Below are positions 50,187 to 59,917 of a stretch of 64,000 nucleotides of DNA, piece after piece. The number at the start of each line of letters is the position of its first letter. Position 1 is the first letter of the stretch. The position numbers were made by a program, and so were the translations under genes. This DNA is from an uncultured delta proteobacterium (GTDB lineage Bacteria > Desulfobacterota > Binatia > Binatales > Binataceae), in NCBI GenBank assembly GCA_963811865.1, contig CAWESZ010000005.1, positions 801,893 through 865,892 of the forward strand, given 5' to 3'. Under the pieces are notes generated by a model. The model had not been told where the DNA came from, did not search any database, and was given only the letters and a program-made list of their open reading frames with translations.

Positions 50187-51676
50187 GTACACAGCCTGAG
50201 CGGAAATTTGCGCGGGTCATGAACTATCCGACCACGAAAGACCTAGTCGCCGCGCTTGCGGCGCGCCAGGTATCGGCCCTCGAACTCCTCGATCGTTCGA
50301 TCGCGCGCATCGAAGCCCACGATGGCAAGCTCAATGCGGTAGTGGTGCGCGACTTCGCGCGCGCCCGCGTCGCCGCCGCCGAAGCCGATAAGGCCCTGGC
50401 GCGCGGTGAGCGCCGCCCGCTGCTCGGCGTGCCGATCACCGTCAAGGAAGCCTTCAATGTCGCCGGCCTTCCGACCACCTGGGGCCTTCCCGGAACGGAG
50501 CACTTAAAGGTGGCGGAGGATGCGATCGCAGTCGCCCGGCTCAAGGCCGCCGGCGCCGTAGTGCTCGGTAAGACCAATGTGCCGCTGATGCTCGCCGACA
50601 TGCAGACCTACAACGCAATCTATGGCGTGACCAACAATCCGTGGGATCTCGGCCGAACTCCCGGCGGCTCGTCCGGAGGGTCCGCCGCGGCCCTTGCCGC
50701 AGGCTACGTGTCCCTGGAATTCGGATCAGATCTGGCCGGTTCCTTACGAGTCCCCGCCCACTGCTGCGGCATCTTTGCCCATAAGCCAACCTATGGCCTG
50801 GTCCCGATACGTGGCCAGGCGCCGCCCGGCACACCCTCACTCTCCGTGAACCCGGGAATTGACCTGGTCGTGGTCGGCCCGATGGCGCGCAGCGCCGGCG
50901 ATCTTGCACTGGCGCTCGATGTGGTCGCGGGGCCCGACGATGACGAAGCTGGTGGCTACAAGCTCGCTTTGCCGCCAGCCCGCCACGCCGATCTCAAAAG
51001 CTTCCGCGTGCTCGTGCTCGATCAGCATCCGCTCGTGCCCACGGCCAGCGTAGTCCGCTCGGCCCTCGGCAAGGTCGCAGACCATCTTGCCCGCGCGGGA
51101 AGCAAGGTCGAAAGGACCAGCCCACTGCTGCCCGACCTAACCCTCATGAGTAACACCTTTGGACAGTTGCTGATGTCGCTAATCGCCGCCAACTTTCCCG
51201 ACGATACCTATCAAGGTTTGCAAGCTAGCGTTGCCGCGCTGCCATCGGACGACCTAAGCCCAGCGGCGATCCGCCTGCGGGCCAACGTGCTGACCCATCG
51301 CGATTGGATCAGGATCGATCGCATCCGCAATTTCATAGCTCATCAATGGCGCCAGTTCTTCCGCGAATGGGACGTGATCCTGTGCCCGGTGCTGCCCACC
51401 CCGGCCTTCCCGCACGACCACCGCGAAATGAGCGCCCGCCGAATAACGATCGACGGCAAAGAGTTCCCCTACGCAGATCAAAGCCTGTGGTCAAGCCTCG
51501 CAACCCTAACCGGTCTGCCGGCAACCGCAATGCCGATCGGCCGCAGCGACGAAGGCCTACCCATAGGCATGCAAATCATCGGCCCCTACCTGGAAGACCG
51601 CACCACGCTAGCCTTCGCGGAACTATCCGAGCGCGAATTCGGCGCCTTCGTCGCACCACCAGGCTTCGAAGACTGA
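50183..51676 (+). CDS. amidase (amidase-signature family)
   Basis: AS signature GGSSGGSAAALAAGYVSLEFGSDLAGSLRVPAHCCGIFAHKPTYGLVP. 497 aa. Confidence 0.8.
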   Translation: MSTQPERKFARVMNYPTTKDLVAALAARQVSALELLDRSIARIEAHDGKLNAVVVRDFARARVAAAEADKALARGERRPLLGVPITVKEAFNVAGLPTTWGLPGTEHLKVAEDAIAVARLKAAGAVVLGKTNVPLMLADMQTYNAIYGVTNNPWDLGRTPGGSSGGSAAALAAGYVSLEFGSDLAGSLRVPAHCCGIFAHKPTYGLVPIRGQAPPGTPSLSVNPGIDLVVVGPMARSAGDLALALDVVAGPDDDEAGGYKLALPPARHADLKSFRVLVLDQHPLVPTASVVRSALGKVADHLARAGSKVERTSPLLPDLTLMSNTFGQLLMSLIAANFPDDTYQGLQASVAALPSDDLSPAAIRLRANVLTHRDWIRIDRIRNFIAHQWRQFFREWDVILCPVLPTPAFPHDHREMSARRITIDGKEFPYADQSLWSSLATLTGLPATAMPIGRSDEGLPIGMQIIGPYLEDRTTLAFAELSEREFGAFVAPPGFED

Positions 51677-51938
51677 TCCACCTATTGATTCCTGCACAAG
51701 ATAGACCCAATTCTGCTCCGGCGCAGCCTGCTTTTGTCATTCCCGCGCGCGTGTCTGGCGCGCGCGAGGAATCCCGGATTCGATCCCATCGCGCAGCCAT
51801 CGGAGCATTTGGCTGCCGGCAGCGCTTGTCCCAGTTCATCTGTGGCGTGACTCTGCGGCTGCCCTGGCGGACGGCCGCGGCCCACAGTGGAGGTCTGTGC
51901 ATATGCGCGGGTGAGCGCGGAGAGTACGAGCGAGCGTT

Positions 51939-52202
51939 ATGAAACGCGAATACGATTTCAGCACGGGCAAACGGGGCGCGATCCTGCCGCCCGAGCCGGG
52001 CAAGACCAGGATCACAATCCGGCTGGACAATGCAATTCTCGACCACTTCCGCAAGCGGGTCCACGCCATGGGCGGGGGCAATTATCAGGCCCTAATCAAC
52101 GACGCGCTGCGCGAATACATTCGAGGCGCGCGCCTGGAAAAGGTCGTGCGCCAGGCGGTGCGGGCGGAGCTTCGAGGAGCTCGGGCACTTCACGAAAGCT
52201 AA
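51939..52202 (+). CDS. BrnA-like antitoxin (CopG/RHH-like), apparently orphan
   Basis: MKREYDFSTGKRGAILPPEPGKTRITIRLDNAILDHFRKRV...GGNYQALINDALREY matches the BrnA family. No BrnT-like ORF found in the 240 bp upstream. Confidence 0.65.
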   Translation: MKREYDFSTGKRGAILPPEPGKTRITIRLDNAILDHFRKRVHAMGGGNYQALINDALREYIRGARLEKVVRQAVRAELRGARALHES

Positions 52203-52309
52203 GGGCTTTTGAAAAAAGGAGGGGCCCTTGGAAACATGCGCAATGACGCCGCGCCGCGCGACTGGTCCCGAGGAAAGCGTTGCGGGTAAGAACGCCCGCC
52301 CGATCAAAC

Positions 52310-53041
52310 CTAAGTGTCGCTGCCCAACTCGTGCAGCGCCCGCGCGCATTCCACCGGATGCGTGAACATTACCTCGTGCCCGCTCTTCACGAACTTGATT
52401 GTTGGATTCTTGAGCCGGCTCGAAAAGTGGGGATGCCAGTTGGGGGCGCCCGCGACCGGCGTCCGATCGTCTTCACAAACGATATAGCCGCTCGGGATAC
52501 CGGTGGCGAAGTATGGCGCCATCGGTACGGGCGCGGCCAGCGGCGCGATCGGCTGCGGACCCAGCGCCGACATCACGTATTCCTTCAGCGCGGGCGCCAT
52601 ATCGTTGCTAAGCCCGTCGATAAATTCCTTGCCCATCAAATCGATTGTTATCGAGCGCTCCGGCAATGAATCGGCCGCCGCGGCGAGCGGAGAAGTCGCC
52701 GGGTCTACAATCGGCTGCCCGTCGAGCGCCACCATCGCCGTCACCCACACCACGCGCTTGATCCGCGATGGAATCTTCGCCGCGACGCCGGGGATCGTCA
52801 GCCCGCCGAGACTGTGTCCCGCGAGCACGACGTTTTTCAGATCATTTCCCACGATGAACTCCGCGACGCAGCTGACGTAGCTGTCGAGCGTTACCTTCGC
52901 GCGATCGGCGCGGTTCATGCCATGCCCCGGGAGATCGACCGCGTATGCCCGGTCGCCGAGCTGCTCGAGTTGATTGATTACCGCCGCCCAGCACCAGCCG
53001 CCATGCCACGCGCCATGCACCAGTACGAATGTCTCCGCCAT
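52310..53041 (-). CDS. alpha/beta hydrolase (methylesterase/esterase-like)
   Basis: FVLVHGAWHGGWCW, nucleophile elbow LAGHSLGG. Internal ATG (MAETFVL) is preferred as the start. Confidence 0.75.
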   Translation of the reverse strand: MAETFVLVHGAWHGGWCWAAVINQLEQLGDRAYAVDLPGHGMNRADRAKVTLDSYVSCVAEFIVGNDLKNVVLAGHSLGGLTIPGVAAKIPSRIKRVVWVTAMVALDGQPIVDPATSPLAAAADSLPERSITIDLMGKEFIDGLSNDMAPALKEYVMSALGPQPIAPLAAPVPMAPYFATGIPSGYIVCEDDRTPVAGAPNWHPHFSSRLKNPTIKFVKSGHEVMFTHPVECARALHELGSDT

Positions 53042-53119
53042 CTTCGTTTCTCTCCTCCAGGTAGCTCGCCGGGCAGGACCAGCCGCCATCGTCTCAAACT
53101 ACATTTCCGTTCTGGGCGT

Positions 53120-53215
53120 CGTCAAAGCGGATCGCCGGAATGGGATGACCGGCGGGACGCCGGTCCTACTTCTGAACGCAGTAGCGCCGGCGTCTCGCCG
53201 GTGATTTAGCCGGCC
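53120..53215. repeat. GC-rich REP-like element sharing a 30-nt block (atgaccggcgggacgccggtcctacttctg) with the element at 62378-62510
   Basis: Identical run read in both loci. Intergenic between the hydrolase and ribBA. Confidence 0.45.
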
Positions 53216-53368
53216 TTCGTGCCGAGGCACGCTGTCAAAACCGGCCACCAGTCACAGTTTTGGCGGGCAGAGCGTCCGGGCTTGGGAAATCCGGGCAGAA
53301 GCGAATCGCCCGTGCGCTTCTCAGCATTTTCGGGCAGTGATAGGATCGCCGCAGAACTGAACAATATG

Positions 53369-54577
53369 TCCGACGCATCACTCGAAAATGTTTTCAGCCG
53401 CATCCGTGCCGGCGCGATGGTCCTGATGGTGCCTGAAGAGCACGAGGACGCCGAAGGTGACCTCGTGATGGCGGCCGAGAAGATCACGCCCGAGCACGTG
53501 AACTTCATGGTCAGCCACGCCCGCGGAATTGTCTCGATTGCGCTTCCCGACCAGCGGATGCGCGCGCTCGGCATCCCGCTCGTGCCGTTCACTCATGGCG
53601 CTGAGGTTACCGAGCAGGCCGGTGCGCTGGTCGAAGCGCGCGAAGGCGTGACCACCGGAATCTCGGCCGCCGACCGCGCTCGCACGATTCAAACCGTCGC
53701 CTCCGAAACCTCCGGGCCGGGCGATATCGTGATGCCCGGCCACGTCCTGCCGTTGATGGCGCTGCCGGGCGGCGTCCTGATGCGCCTGGGGCGGGCCGAG
53801 GGCGCGATCGATATCGTGCGCGGCGCCGGGATGCGTCCCGCGGCGGCGCTCTGCACGATCCTGCGCGAGGACGGCGAGTCCGCCCGGATGACCGAGCTGC
53901 GCGAGTTCGCGGCGCAGCACGCGCTCCCGATCTGCTTCATCACGGACTTGGTGTCCTATCGGCTGACCAGCGAGCTGCTCGTGCAGCGCGTCGCCGACGC
54001 GAAGTTTCCGACCGCGGCGGGCGAGCTGCGCGCGATCGTGTTCCGCAATATCGTCGACGGCCGCGAGCATCTGGCGCTAATCAAGGGCGAAGTCGGCAGC
54101 GGGCGTCCGGCGCTGGTGCGGCTCCATTCGGAATGCCTCACCGGCGACGTGTTCGGATCGAGCCGCTGCGACTGCGGCGAACAGTTGAACGAATCGATCA
54201 GCCGAATCCTGGCGGCCGACGCCGGCGTGATCATCTATCTGCATCAGGAAGGCCGCGGGATTGGGCTCGGCAACAAGCTGCGCGCCTACGCCCTGCAGGA
54301 CGGCGGACTTGATACGGTCGAGGCCAACCTGGAGCTGGGCTTCAAGGAGGATCTGCGCGACTACGGAATCGGTGCGCAAATCCTGCGCGACCTCGGCGTC
54401 GGCGAGGTCCGTCTGCTGACCAATAATCCCAACAAGCTCGAAGGCCTGCGCCGCTACGGCGTCAACGTCACGCGCGTCCCGCTTGAAGTCGCGCCCCATC
54501 GCGGCAATATCGACTACCTCCGCACCAAAAAAGAAAAGCTCGGCCATCTCTTCTCCGAGCTCAAGCTGATCACCTGA
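53369..54577 (+). CDS. ribBA: bifunctional 3,4-dihydroxy-2-butanone-4-phosphate synthase / GTP cyclohydrolase II
   Basis: DHBP-synthase N-terminus ([31 protein letters not shown]) and GCHII zinc motif [23 protein letters not shown]. Confidence 0.9.
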   Translation, partial: SDASLENVFSRIRAGAMVLMVPEEHEDAEGDLVMAAEKITPEHVNFMVSHARGIVSIALPDQRMRALGIPLVPFTHGAEVTEQAGALVEAREGVTTGISAADRARTIQTVASETSGPGDIVMPGHVLPLMALPGGVLMRLGRAEGAIDIVRGAGMRPAAALCTILREDGESARMTELREFAAQHALPICFITDLVSYRLTSELLVQRVADAKFPTAAGELRAIVFRNIVDGREHLALIKGEVGSGRPALVRLHSECLTGDVFGSSRCDCGEQLNESISRILAADAGVIIYLHQEGRGIGLGNKLRAYALQDGGLDTVEANLELGFKEDLRDYGIGAQILRDLGVGEVRLLTNNPNKLEGLRRYGVNVTRVPLEVAPHRGNIDYLRTKKEKLGHLFSELKLIT

Positions 54578-54586
54578 AGCTGCGCC

Positions 54587-55033
54587 ATGGGCTTACGACA
54601 CCTGGGCCGGGAGCTCGCGCTCCAGGCGCTGTATCAAATCGACCTGAGCGGCGACCCCGCGCGGGAGCATCCCGCGGCGCTGACTTCGGCTTTCCCGGGC
54701 GACGCCCGCGCGCGCGCCTTTGCGATCGAGCTGGTCGAGGGAGTCTGCCGCGAGCGGCTGCTGCTCGACCGCCATCTGGCCGACGCGCTCGAAAACTGGA
54801 CGCTCGAACGCCTCTCACGGGTCGATCACAACATCCTCAGGATCGCCATCTACGAACTGCTGCGGCTGCCCGACATTCCGGCGCGCGTCACGATGGACGA
54901 GGCGATCGAGTTGGCCAAGCGCTTCGGCGATCGCGACTCGGGCCGTTTCGTCAACGGCCTGCTCGACCGGCTGGCCGCCGTTCTGGACCTGAAGAGCAAG
55001 GGTGAAGAACCCGGCGCGCACAAACCGGACTAG
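54587..55033 (+). CDS. nusB: transcription antitermination factor NusB
   Basis: RELALQALYQIDLSG...RIAIYELL...DEAIELAKRFGDRDSGRFVNGLLDRL. Confidence 0.9.
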   Translation: MGLRHLGRELALQALYQIDLSGDPAREHPAALTSAFPGDARARAFAIELVEGVCRERLLLDRHLADALENWTLERLSRVDHNILRIAIYELLRLPDIPARVTMDEAIELAKRFGDRDSGRFVNGLLDRLAAVLDLKSKGEEPGAHKPD

Positions 55034-55610
55034 CCTGCGGATCGTGGCGACGGTCGCCGCGCTGCTGGGCGGATGCGGCTATCATTTCGCGGCCTCGGGC
55101 AGCGGACTGCCTTCGAACGCGGCGACTATTTACGTCGCCCGGTTCTCCAACAAATCGCGGATCACCGGACTGGACGACCAGTTCGCGCGCTATCTCAAGG
55201 ACGAGATCGCAAGCCACAAGCGCCTGCAGGTGATCGACGATCCCGCGCAGGCCGACTTGCTGCTGAGCGGCGTGATCGTGAGCGCCGAGGAGCATCCGAC
55301 GACCTTCAACTCGGTGGACGAGCCCACCCAGTTCCAGGAGCAGTTCGTCGTCAACGCGGACCTTATCGACAATCGCTCCAACAAGGTCATCTGGAGTGCG
55401 CAGCGGTTGACCGCGGCGGAGTTTTACGCCGTGACCCCGCCGTCCGTGGTCACGACTTCGCCCGAGTTCCTGCAACAGAATCTGCGCCAGCGCGATATCA
55501 ACCGGCTGCCCGATATGCAGCTCGCCCAGACCCAGCGCGAAGCGGGCCAGGATCAATTTCTCACCACCATGGCGCACAACCTCTACACCACGATGGCGGA
55601 AGGATTCTGA
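55002..55610 (+). CDS. LptE-like LPS-assembly lipoprotein
   Basis: Lipobox LLGGCGYHF. Size ~200 aa. Conserved position immediately upstream of holA. Confidence 0.5.
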   Translation: MKNPARTNRTSLRIVATVAALLGGCGYHFAASGSGLPSNAATIYVARFSNKSRITGLDDQFARYLKDEIASHKRLQVIDDPAQADLLLSGVIVSAEEHPTTFNSVDEPTQFQEQFVVNADLIDNRSNKVIWSAQRLTAAEFYAVTPPSVVTTSPEFLQQNLRQRDINRLPDMQLAQTQREAGQDQFLTTMAHNLYTTMAEGF

Positions 55611-55648
55611 ATGTCTTTTCCCGCGGCTCTCTGCGCGTCTGCGGCTGA

Positions 55649-56713
55649 TTGACGATGGGGGTCGAACCGGCGCTCTCCTTGCTCCGTATGCTCGAGCAGC
55701 GGCGACCGCTGCCCGGGGTTTTTGCGATCTGCGGGCCGCAGGCCTTTCTGCGCGAGTACGTGCTCGACGCGCTCCGGATGCGTCTTAAGCGCGACGGGCG
55801 GGAATCGCGCATGCTCCAGGTCGGCGCGTCCGGCGGCCTCGACGCCGTCCTCGAGGAGATCGGGGCGGCCGATCTGTTCGCGCCCAAAAAAGTGGTCGTA
55901 TGCCGTATCCCGCGCGCGCGCCGTGGCCAGGAAGACGACGGCGATACCGACGCGGATTCGAAATCGGGCGCAAAGGGCGGCGAATCGGCGCTGGCCGCCG
56001 CGATCGAATCCAAACACCTGGCGGGCGAGCTGATCCTGGCCTATGAGCGCGACGCGGTGCCGGCCAAAATCCGGCGCGTGATCGAGCGCACCGGAATCGT
56101 GATCAACTGCATGCGGCCGTTCGACAATCAGCTCGCGCAATATGCGCAGATTTTTGCGTCCGGCCTCGGCTTGAAGCTCAGCGCCGACGCCGCCGACCTG
56201 CTCGTATCACGCTATGCCGGCGATCTCGGCGCGATCGCCAACGCGCTCGCCAAAGCGGCGCTCTTTACCGAGCCCGGCGCGCGCCTGGGGGCGGCCGACC
56301 TGATGGAGCCCGGCGCCGCGCGCATGCCTGAACTCTTCGAGCTGGCGGAAAGCCTCGCCCGCGGTCAGGCCCCGGCGACGCTGGCGATGCTCTATCGGGC
56401 GATCGCGCTCGGCCGCGACGTGTTCGAGATTCTCGCCGTCGAAATTATTCCGGTGATTCGCCGGATGATGCTCGCGTCTGCGATGCTCGAGCAGGGCCGC
56501 AACGCGAGCGAGACCGCGTCCGCGCTCGGACTCAACCCGGCCAGCGGCCTGCTCAACCGTGCCGTCGAGGGCGCGCGCCGCTTCGGAGCGCAACGGCTCG
56601 CCCGGGCGCATCGGCAAGTGTGCCAGCTCGATGCGGAATTCAAGCTGGGGCTCCGTCGCGAGCGCGAGGCGGCGCTCTCGAGGTTGCTGCTTGATCTGAT
56701 GGCGCCGGGCTGA
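55649..56713 (+). CDS. holA: DNA polymerase III delta subunit
   Basis: ~350-aa protein with a HolA-like N-terminus (VFAICGPQAFLREYVLDAL) and lptE-holA synteny. Confidence 0.7.
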   Translation: MTMGVEPALSLLRMLEQRRPLPGVFAICGPQAFLREYVLDALRMRLKRDGRESRMLQVGASGGLDAVLEEIGAADLFAPKKVVVCRIPRARRGQEDDGDTDADSKSGAKGGESALAAAIESKHLAGELILAYERDAVPAKIRRVIERTGIVINCMRPFDNQLAQYAQIFASGLGLKLSADAADLLVSRYAGDLGAIANALAKAALFTEPGARLGAADLMEPGAARMPELFELAESLARGQAPATLAMLYRAIALGRDVFEILAVEIIPVIRRMMLASAMLEQGRNASETASALGLNPASGLLNRAVEGARRFGAQRLARAHRQVCQLDAEFKLGLRREREAALSRLLLDLMAPG

Positions 56714-56959
56714 TGGCGCCGTGACGAGTGGATCCGGGCGCGCCTGACCTTGCTCTTCACGTCGATGCTCTTTACGTCGATCTGAAACCGGGCCAACATG
56801 ATTCCCGGTAACGCACACGCGATTGCGCCGGGCTTGAGAGCTTGACAAGCGCAGCCGGTCGCGCTTGATGAGCATGAAGATGATTCGTGCGCTGAAAGAC
56901 TGTCGAGGGCGCCATTCGTGCCGGCGAGCAGGACGCCGCGCACCATTGTGGAGGAGATC

Positions 56960-57349
56960 ATGGAGATCCCCCCGGGACTGAAATACTCCAAGGAACATGA
57001 ATGGGTTGCGACCGAGGAGTCCGTCGCAACGATCGGAATCAGCGACTACGCTCAGGACCAGCTTGGGGAAATAGTGTTCGTCGAGCTGCCCGCGGTCGGC
57101 GACAAGATCAGCAAGGATGACCCGTTCGGGGTCGTCGAATCGGTTAAGGCCGTGTCGGACGTTTATGCCCCGGTGACCGGCACGGTAATCGAGATCAACG
57201 AAGAGCTGTCCGAGAGCCCCGAAATGGTCAACGAAGACCCTTACGGGGACGGATGGCTGATCAAGGTCAAGGTGGCCGACCCCGCCGAGCTGGACGATCT
57301 GATGGACCACGAAGAGTACGAGGAGCTGATCAAGAAGGAAAAGGAGTGA
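56960..57349 (+). CDS. gcvH: glycine cleavage system H protein
   Basis: YSKEHEWV...ISDYAQDQLGEIVFVELPAVG and lipoyl-lysine motif VESVKAVSDVYAPV. Confidence 0.9.
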   Translation: MEIPPGLKYSKEHEWVATEESVATIGISDYAQDQLGEIVFVELPAVGDKISKDDPFGVVESVKAVSDVYAPVTGTVIEINEELSESPEMVNEDPYGDGWLIKVKVADPAELDDLMDHEEYEELIKKEKE

Positions 57350-57352
57350 GAC

Positions 57353-58669
57353 TTACGGGGCGTGTGCGGCAGCCGCGGCGTCGTCCGGGCTCGACGGCGT
57401 GGCCTGCGCGACTTCGATCGCCAGCCCGCCCGCGCCCGCCGGCGGCGCGACGAAAACGATCGCGAACGCCGACGATCCGGAGGGCGGAAGGACGAAGCTC
57501 CGCGGCGGACCCAGCTTCTCGAAGAAGTCCAGCTCGCGCGCCGTCATCTGGCCGATCATCCGGCCGGAGAGACTGTTGCCGCAAAAGACTTCCTGCTTTG
57601 CGATTCCATGTTGTGAACCGTCCAGCAGGCTCGCCGCAATTTGAACCTGGTGCAGCGGTTGACTCCCCACATTGAGCGCCTGCCCGGTGATCACCAGGGC
57701 CGCCCGTCCGCCGTTGAGTTTCTGGTAGTCGGCATGAACCTCGCGCAGGGCGATCTGCACCGCGGCCGAAACCGGATTGACGAAATGGCCGCCGACCACC
57801 GGCAGCCCGGCCAACAGCGCCGCGCTCGCGACCGGCAAGCCCGCGATCAGCAGGCTCAGCGCGCCGAACCCGAGCGCGGTGAAAAAGAAGCAGGCGAGAA
57901 AGAACCCGTAGGAATGCAGGGCGCGGCCCGGGGAGGGCGCGCGATCCTCGTCGTCGTCGACCTCGTGATCGCGTGCACGCCTCGAGATGGCACGCAGTGG
58001 CGGCGGGGCAGACGGCTCCGGCGGCTCTTCCTCCAACGAAACCCGATGGTCGTCATCGGGCCCGGCGAAATCGAGACCGCTCTCCCCGACCTCCCACTTT
58101 TCCTCTTCCTCGTGCTCCGGCTCCTCCGGCTCGAGCTGGTGTTCCTCGGTCTCGGCGCTGAAGTCGAAGCTCAGGTTGTCGGTGGGCTCGGGCTCCTCAA
58201 CCCGATGCGAGAACGGACGATCCAGCGGATCGGAGGATTCCGGTTCTGGCTCCGGCGCGATCGGCTTGGGCTCCGGCGCGATCGGTCTGGCCTCCGGTGC
58301 GGGCTCTGGGGCGGGATCTCGCATCGGCGCGGCGACCGCCGGCTGAGGAGCGTCGGGCGCGCGCGCGGGCGGCGCGACGATCTTCAAGGCGCGTCGGGCG
58401 CGCGGCTCGCCGCTGCGGGGCGAAGATTCCCTCGCCTCGGACTCGACGCTCCGAGGTTCGGCGATCGGAAGAGTCCGCGTCCGCCGCGGCGCGGGTTTCG
58501 GCTCGGTCGCCTTTGGAGTTGCGGGCGCCTCGTCAGTTTTGGGCTTGCGGGGCTCGACGCTGAAAACGTGACCGCATCGCGAGCACTTGAACGTCGGCGT
58601 CTCGTCGGGCAGCACGCGCTCGTCGATTCGATACCGCGTATGGCAACTAGAGCATTGAATTTCGACCAT
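57353..58669 (-). CDS. zinc-ribbon (MJ0042-type) + DUF3426-like membrane protein
   Basis: N-terminal CSSCHTRYRI...KCSRCGHVF. Acidic/Pro-rich linker. TM helix FFLACFFFTALGFGALSLLIAGL. C-terminal beta-rich domain. Confidence 0.65.
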   Translation of the reverse strand: MVEIQCSSCHTRYRIDERVLPDETPTFKCSRCGHVFSVEPRKPKTDEAPATPKATEPKPAPRRTRTLPIAEPRSVESEARESSPRSGEPRARRALKIVAPPARAPDAPQPAVAAPMRDPAPEPAPEARPIAPEPKPIAPEPEPESSDPLDRPFSHRVEEPEPTDNLSFDFSAETEEHQLEPEEPEHEEEEKWEVGESGLDFAGPDDDHRVSLEEEPPEPSAPPPLRAISRRARDHEVDDDEDRAPSPGRALHSYGFFLACFFFTALGFGALSLLIAGLPVASAALLAGLPVVGGHFVNPVSAAVQIALREVHADYQKLNGGRAALVITGQALNVGSQPLHQVQIAASLLDGSQHGIAKQEVFCGNSLSGRMIGQMTARELDFFEKLGPPRSFVLPPSGSSAFAIVFVAPPAGAGGLAIEVAQATPSSPDDAAAAAHAP

Positions 58670-58764
58670 CGCCCGTCCCCGCTGAGCCCATCGAAAAATA
58701 CCATACGGCCCGTCGCTGCGCATCCGGGGCGATTGCGGGCACGATACGGGGCGGCCCCGGTCCA

Positions 58765-59892
58765 TTGCGAATCGCGCTGCTGACACGCCGCTTCGATCCG
58801 CACGGCGGCGGCACGGAACGCGATCTGATGATCACCGCGCGCAGCCTCCGCGCGGGTGGCCATCAGGTGAGCGTTTACGCGGCCGAAGTGCGAGCGCCAT
58901 GGCCCGACGGAACGGTCCGGCAAGTTGGCGTCCCGCGCTTTTCGCGGGCGTTGGCGCTGTTGCGCTTCGCCTACTTGGCGCCCAACCTGGCCCGGCGCGA
59001 CGGCGCGGATTTGGTGATGAGCTTTGCGCGGGTGGTAGGCGCCGACATTCTGCGCTCGGGCGGCGGCGCGCACGTAAGCTATGTCCGGGCGGCCCGCCAA
59101 TGGCGCAGCCAGTCCCGCGCCGCCGCGATGTGGCTGAGCCCGTACCATCGCGCCCAGATGAGAATCGAGCGCCGCGGCTTCTCCCATCCGACGCTGCGCT
59201 GCGCGATCGCAGTTTCGAACCTCGTGCGCGACGACCTGATCCGGGAGTTCGCCTTGCCGCCGGCCCGGGTCATGACGCTCTACAACGGCGTCGACCTCGA
59301 GCGATTCACCGCGGTTCGCGACGCTCCAGCGCGCGCCGCCCTCCGGCGCAAGTTCAACCTCAAGGACTCGACGCCGGTCGTGATCTTCGTCGGCAACGGC
59401 TTTGCGAGAAAGGGGCTGCGCTCGATGCTGCAGGCGTGGCCCTCCCTGAAGACGGCTCCGCATCTGATCGTGGTCGGCAACGACCGCGCGGCGCCGCGTT
59501 ATCAGAGCCTCGCGCGCTGGCTGAAAGTTGGTGATCGCGTCTCGTTTCTCGGCGCGCAGGAACACGTCGAGGACCTGTTTCGCGCCGCGGACGTGATGGC
59601 GATGCCTTCGCTGTTCGAGCCCTTTGGCAATGTCGTGCTGGAGGCGATGGCGTGCGGGATACCCGCGCTGACCAGCGCGCAATCGGGCGTCGCCGAGTTG
59701 ATGCCGCCGGAACTGCGCGAGTTTATCGTGACCAACCCCTCCGACCCCGACGAGGTCGCCGCGCGGCTCGACGCTCTGATCGCGGCTCGCGCGACGGTCG
59801 CCGGCGCGGCGCGACCCACCGCCGAGCGCTTCACCTGGAATCGCTACGCCGACGAACTGCTCCGACTCGTGGCGAATAGTCGCGCGCAGTGA
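58765..59892 (+). CDS. glycosyltransferase family 4 (WaaG/RfaG-like)
   Basis: GT4 C-terminal motif region PSLFEPFGNVVLEAMACGIPALTSAQSGVAEL. Confidence 0.8.
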   Translation: MRIALLTRRFDPHGGGTERDLMITARSLRAGGHQVSVYAAEVRAPWPDGTVRQVGVPRFSRALALLRFAYLAPNLARRDGADLVMSFARVVGADILRSGGGAHVSYVRAARQWRSQSRAAAMWLSPYHRAQMRIERRGFSHPTLRCAIAVSNLVRDDLIREFALPPARVMTLYNGVDLERFTAVRDAPARAALRRKFNLKDSTPVVIFVGNGFARKGLRSMLQAWPSLKTAPHLIVVGNDRAAPRYQSLARWLKVGDRVSFLGAQEHVEDLFRAADVMAMPSLFEPFGNVVLEAMACGIPALTSAQSGVAELMPPELREFIVTNPSDPDEVAARLDALIAARATVAGAARPTAERFTWNRYADELLRLVANSRAQ

Positions 59893-59917
59893 CGAACTCC
59901 TGATAGAGATCTGAACA

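Noticed and set aside
51700-51938. BrnT toxin upstream of brnA
   Set aside because: All three forward frames were translated by eye. None resembles BrnT (no ~90-aa ORF with the conserved RIISARKAT-like C-terminus).
53216-53368. Possible FMN riboswitch (RFN element) upstream of ribBA
   Set aside because: The leader lacks the conserved RFN blocks (GGGCAGGGTGAAATTCC, CCGGCGGTA, GACAGT...GTCTGGATG). It only shows a generic GC-rich stretch plus the REP-like repeat, so no riboswitch is called.
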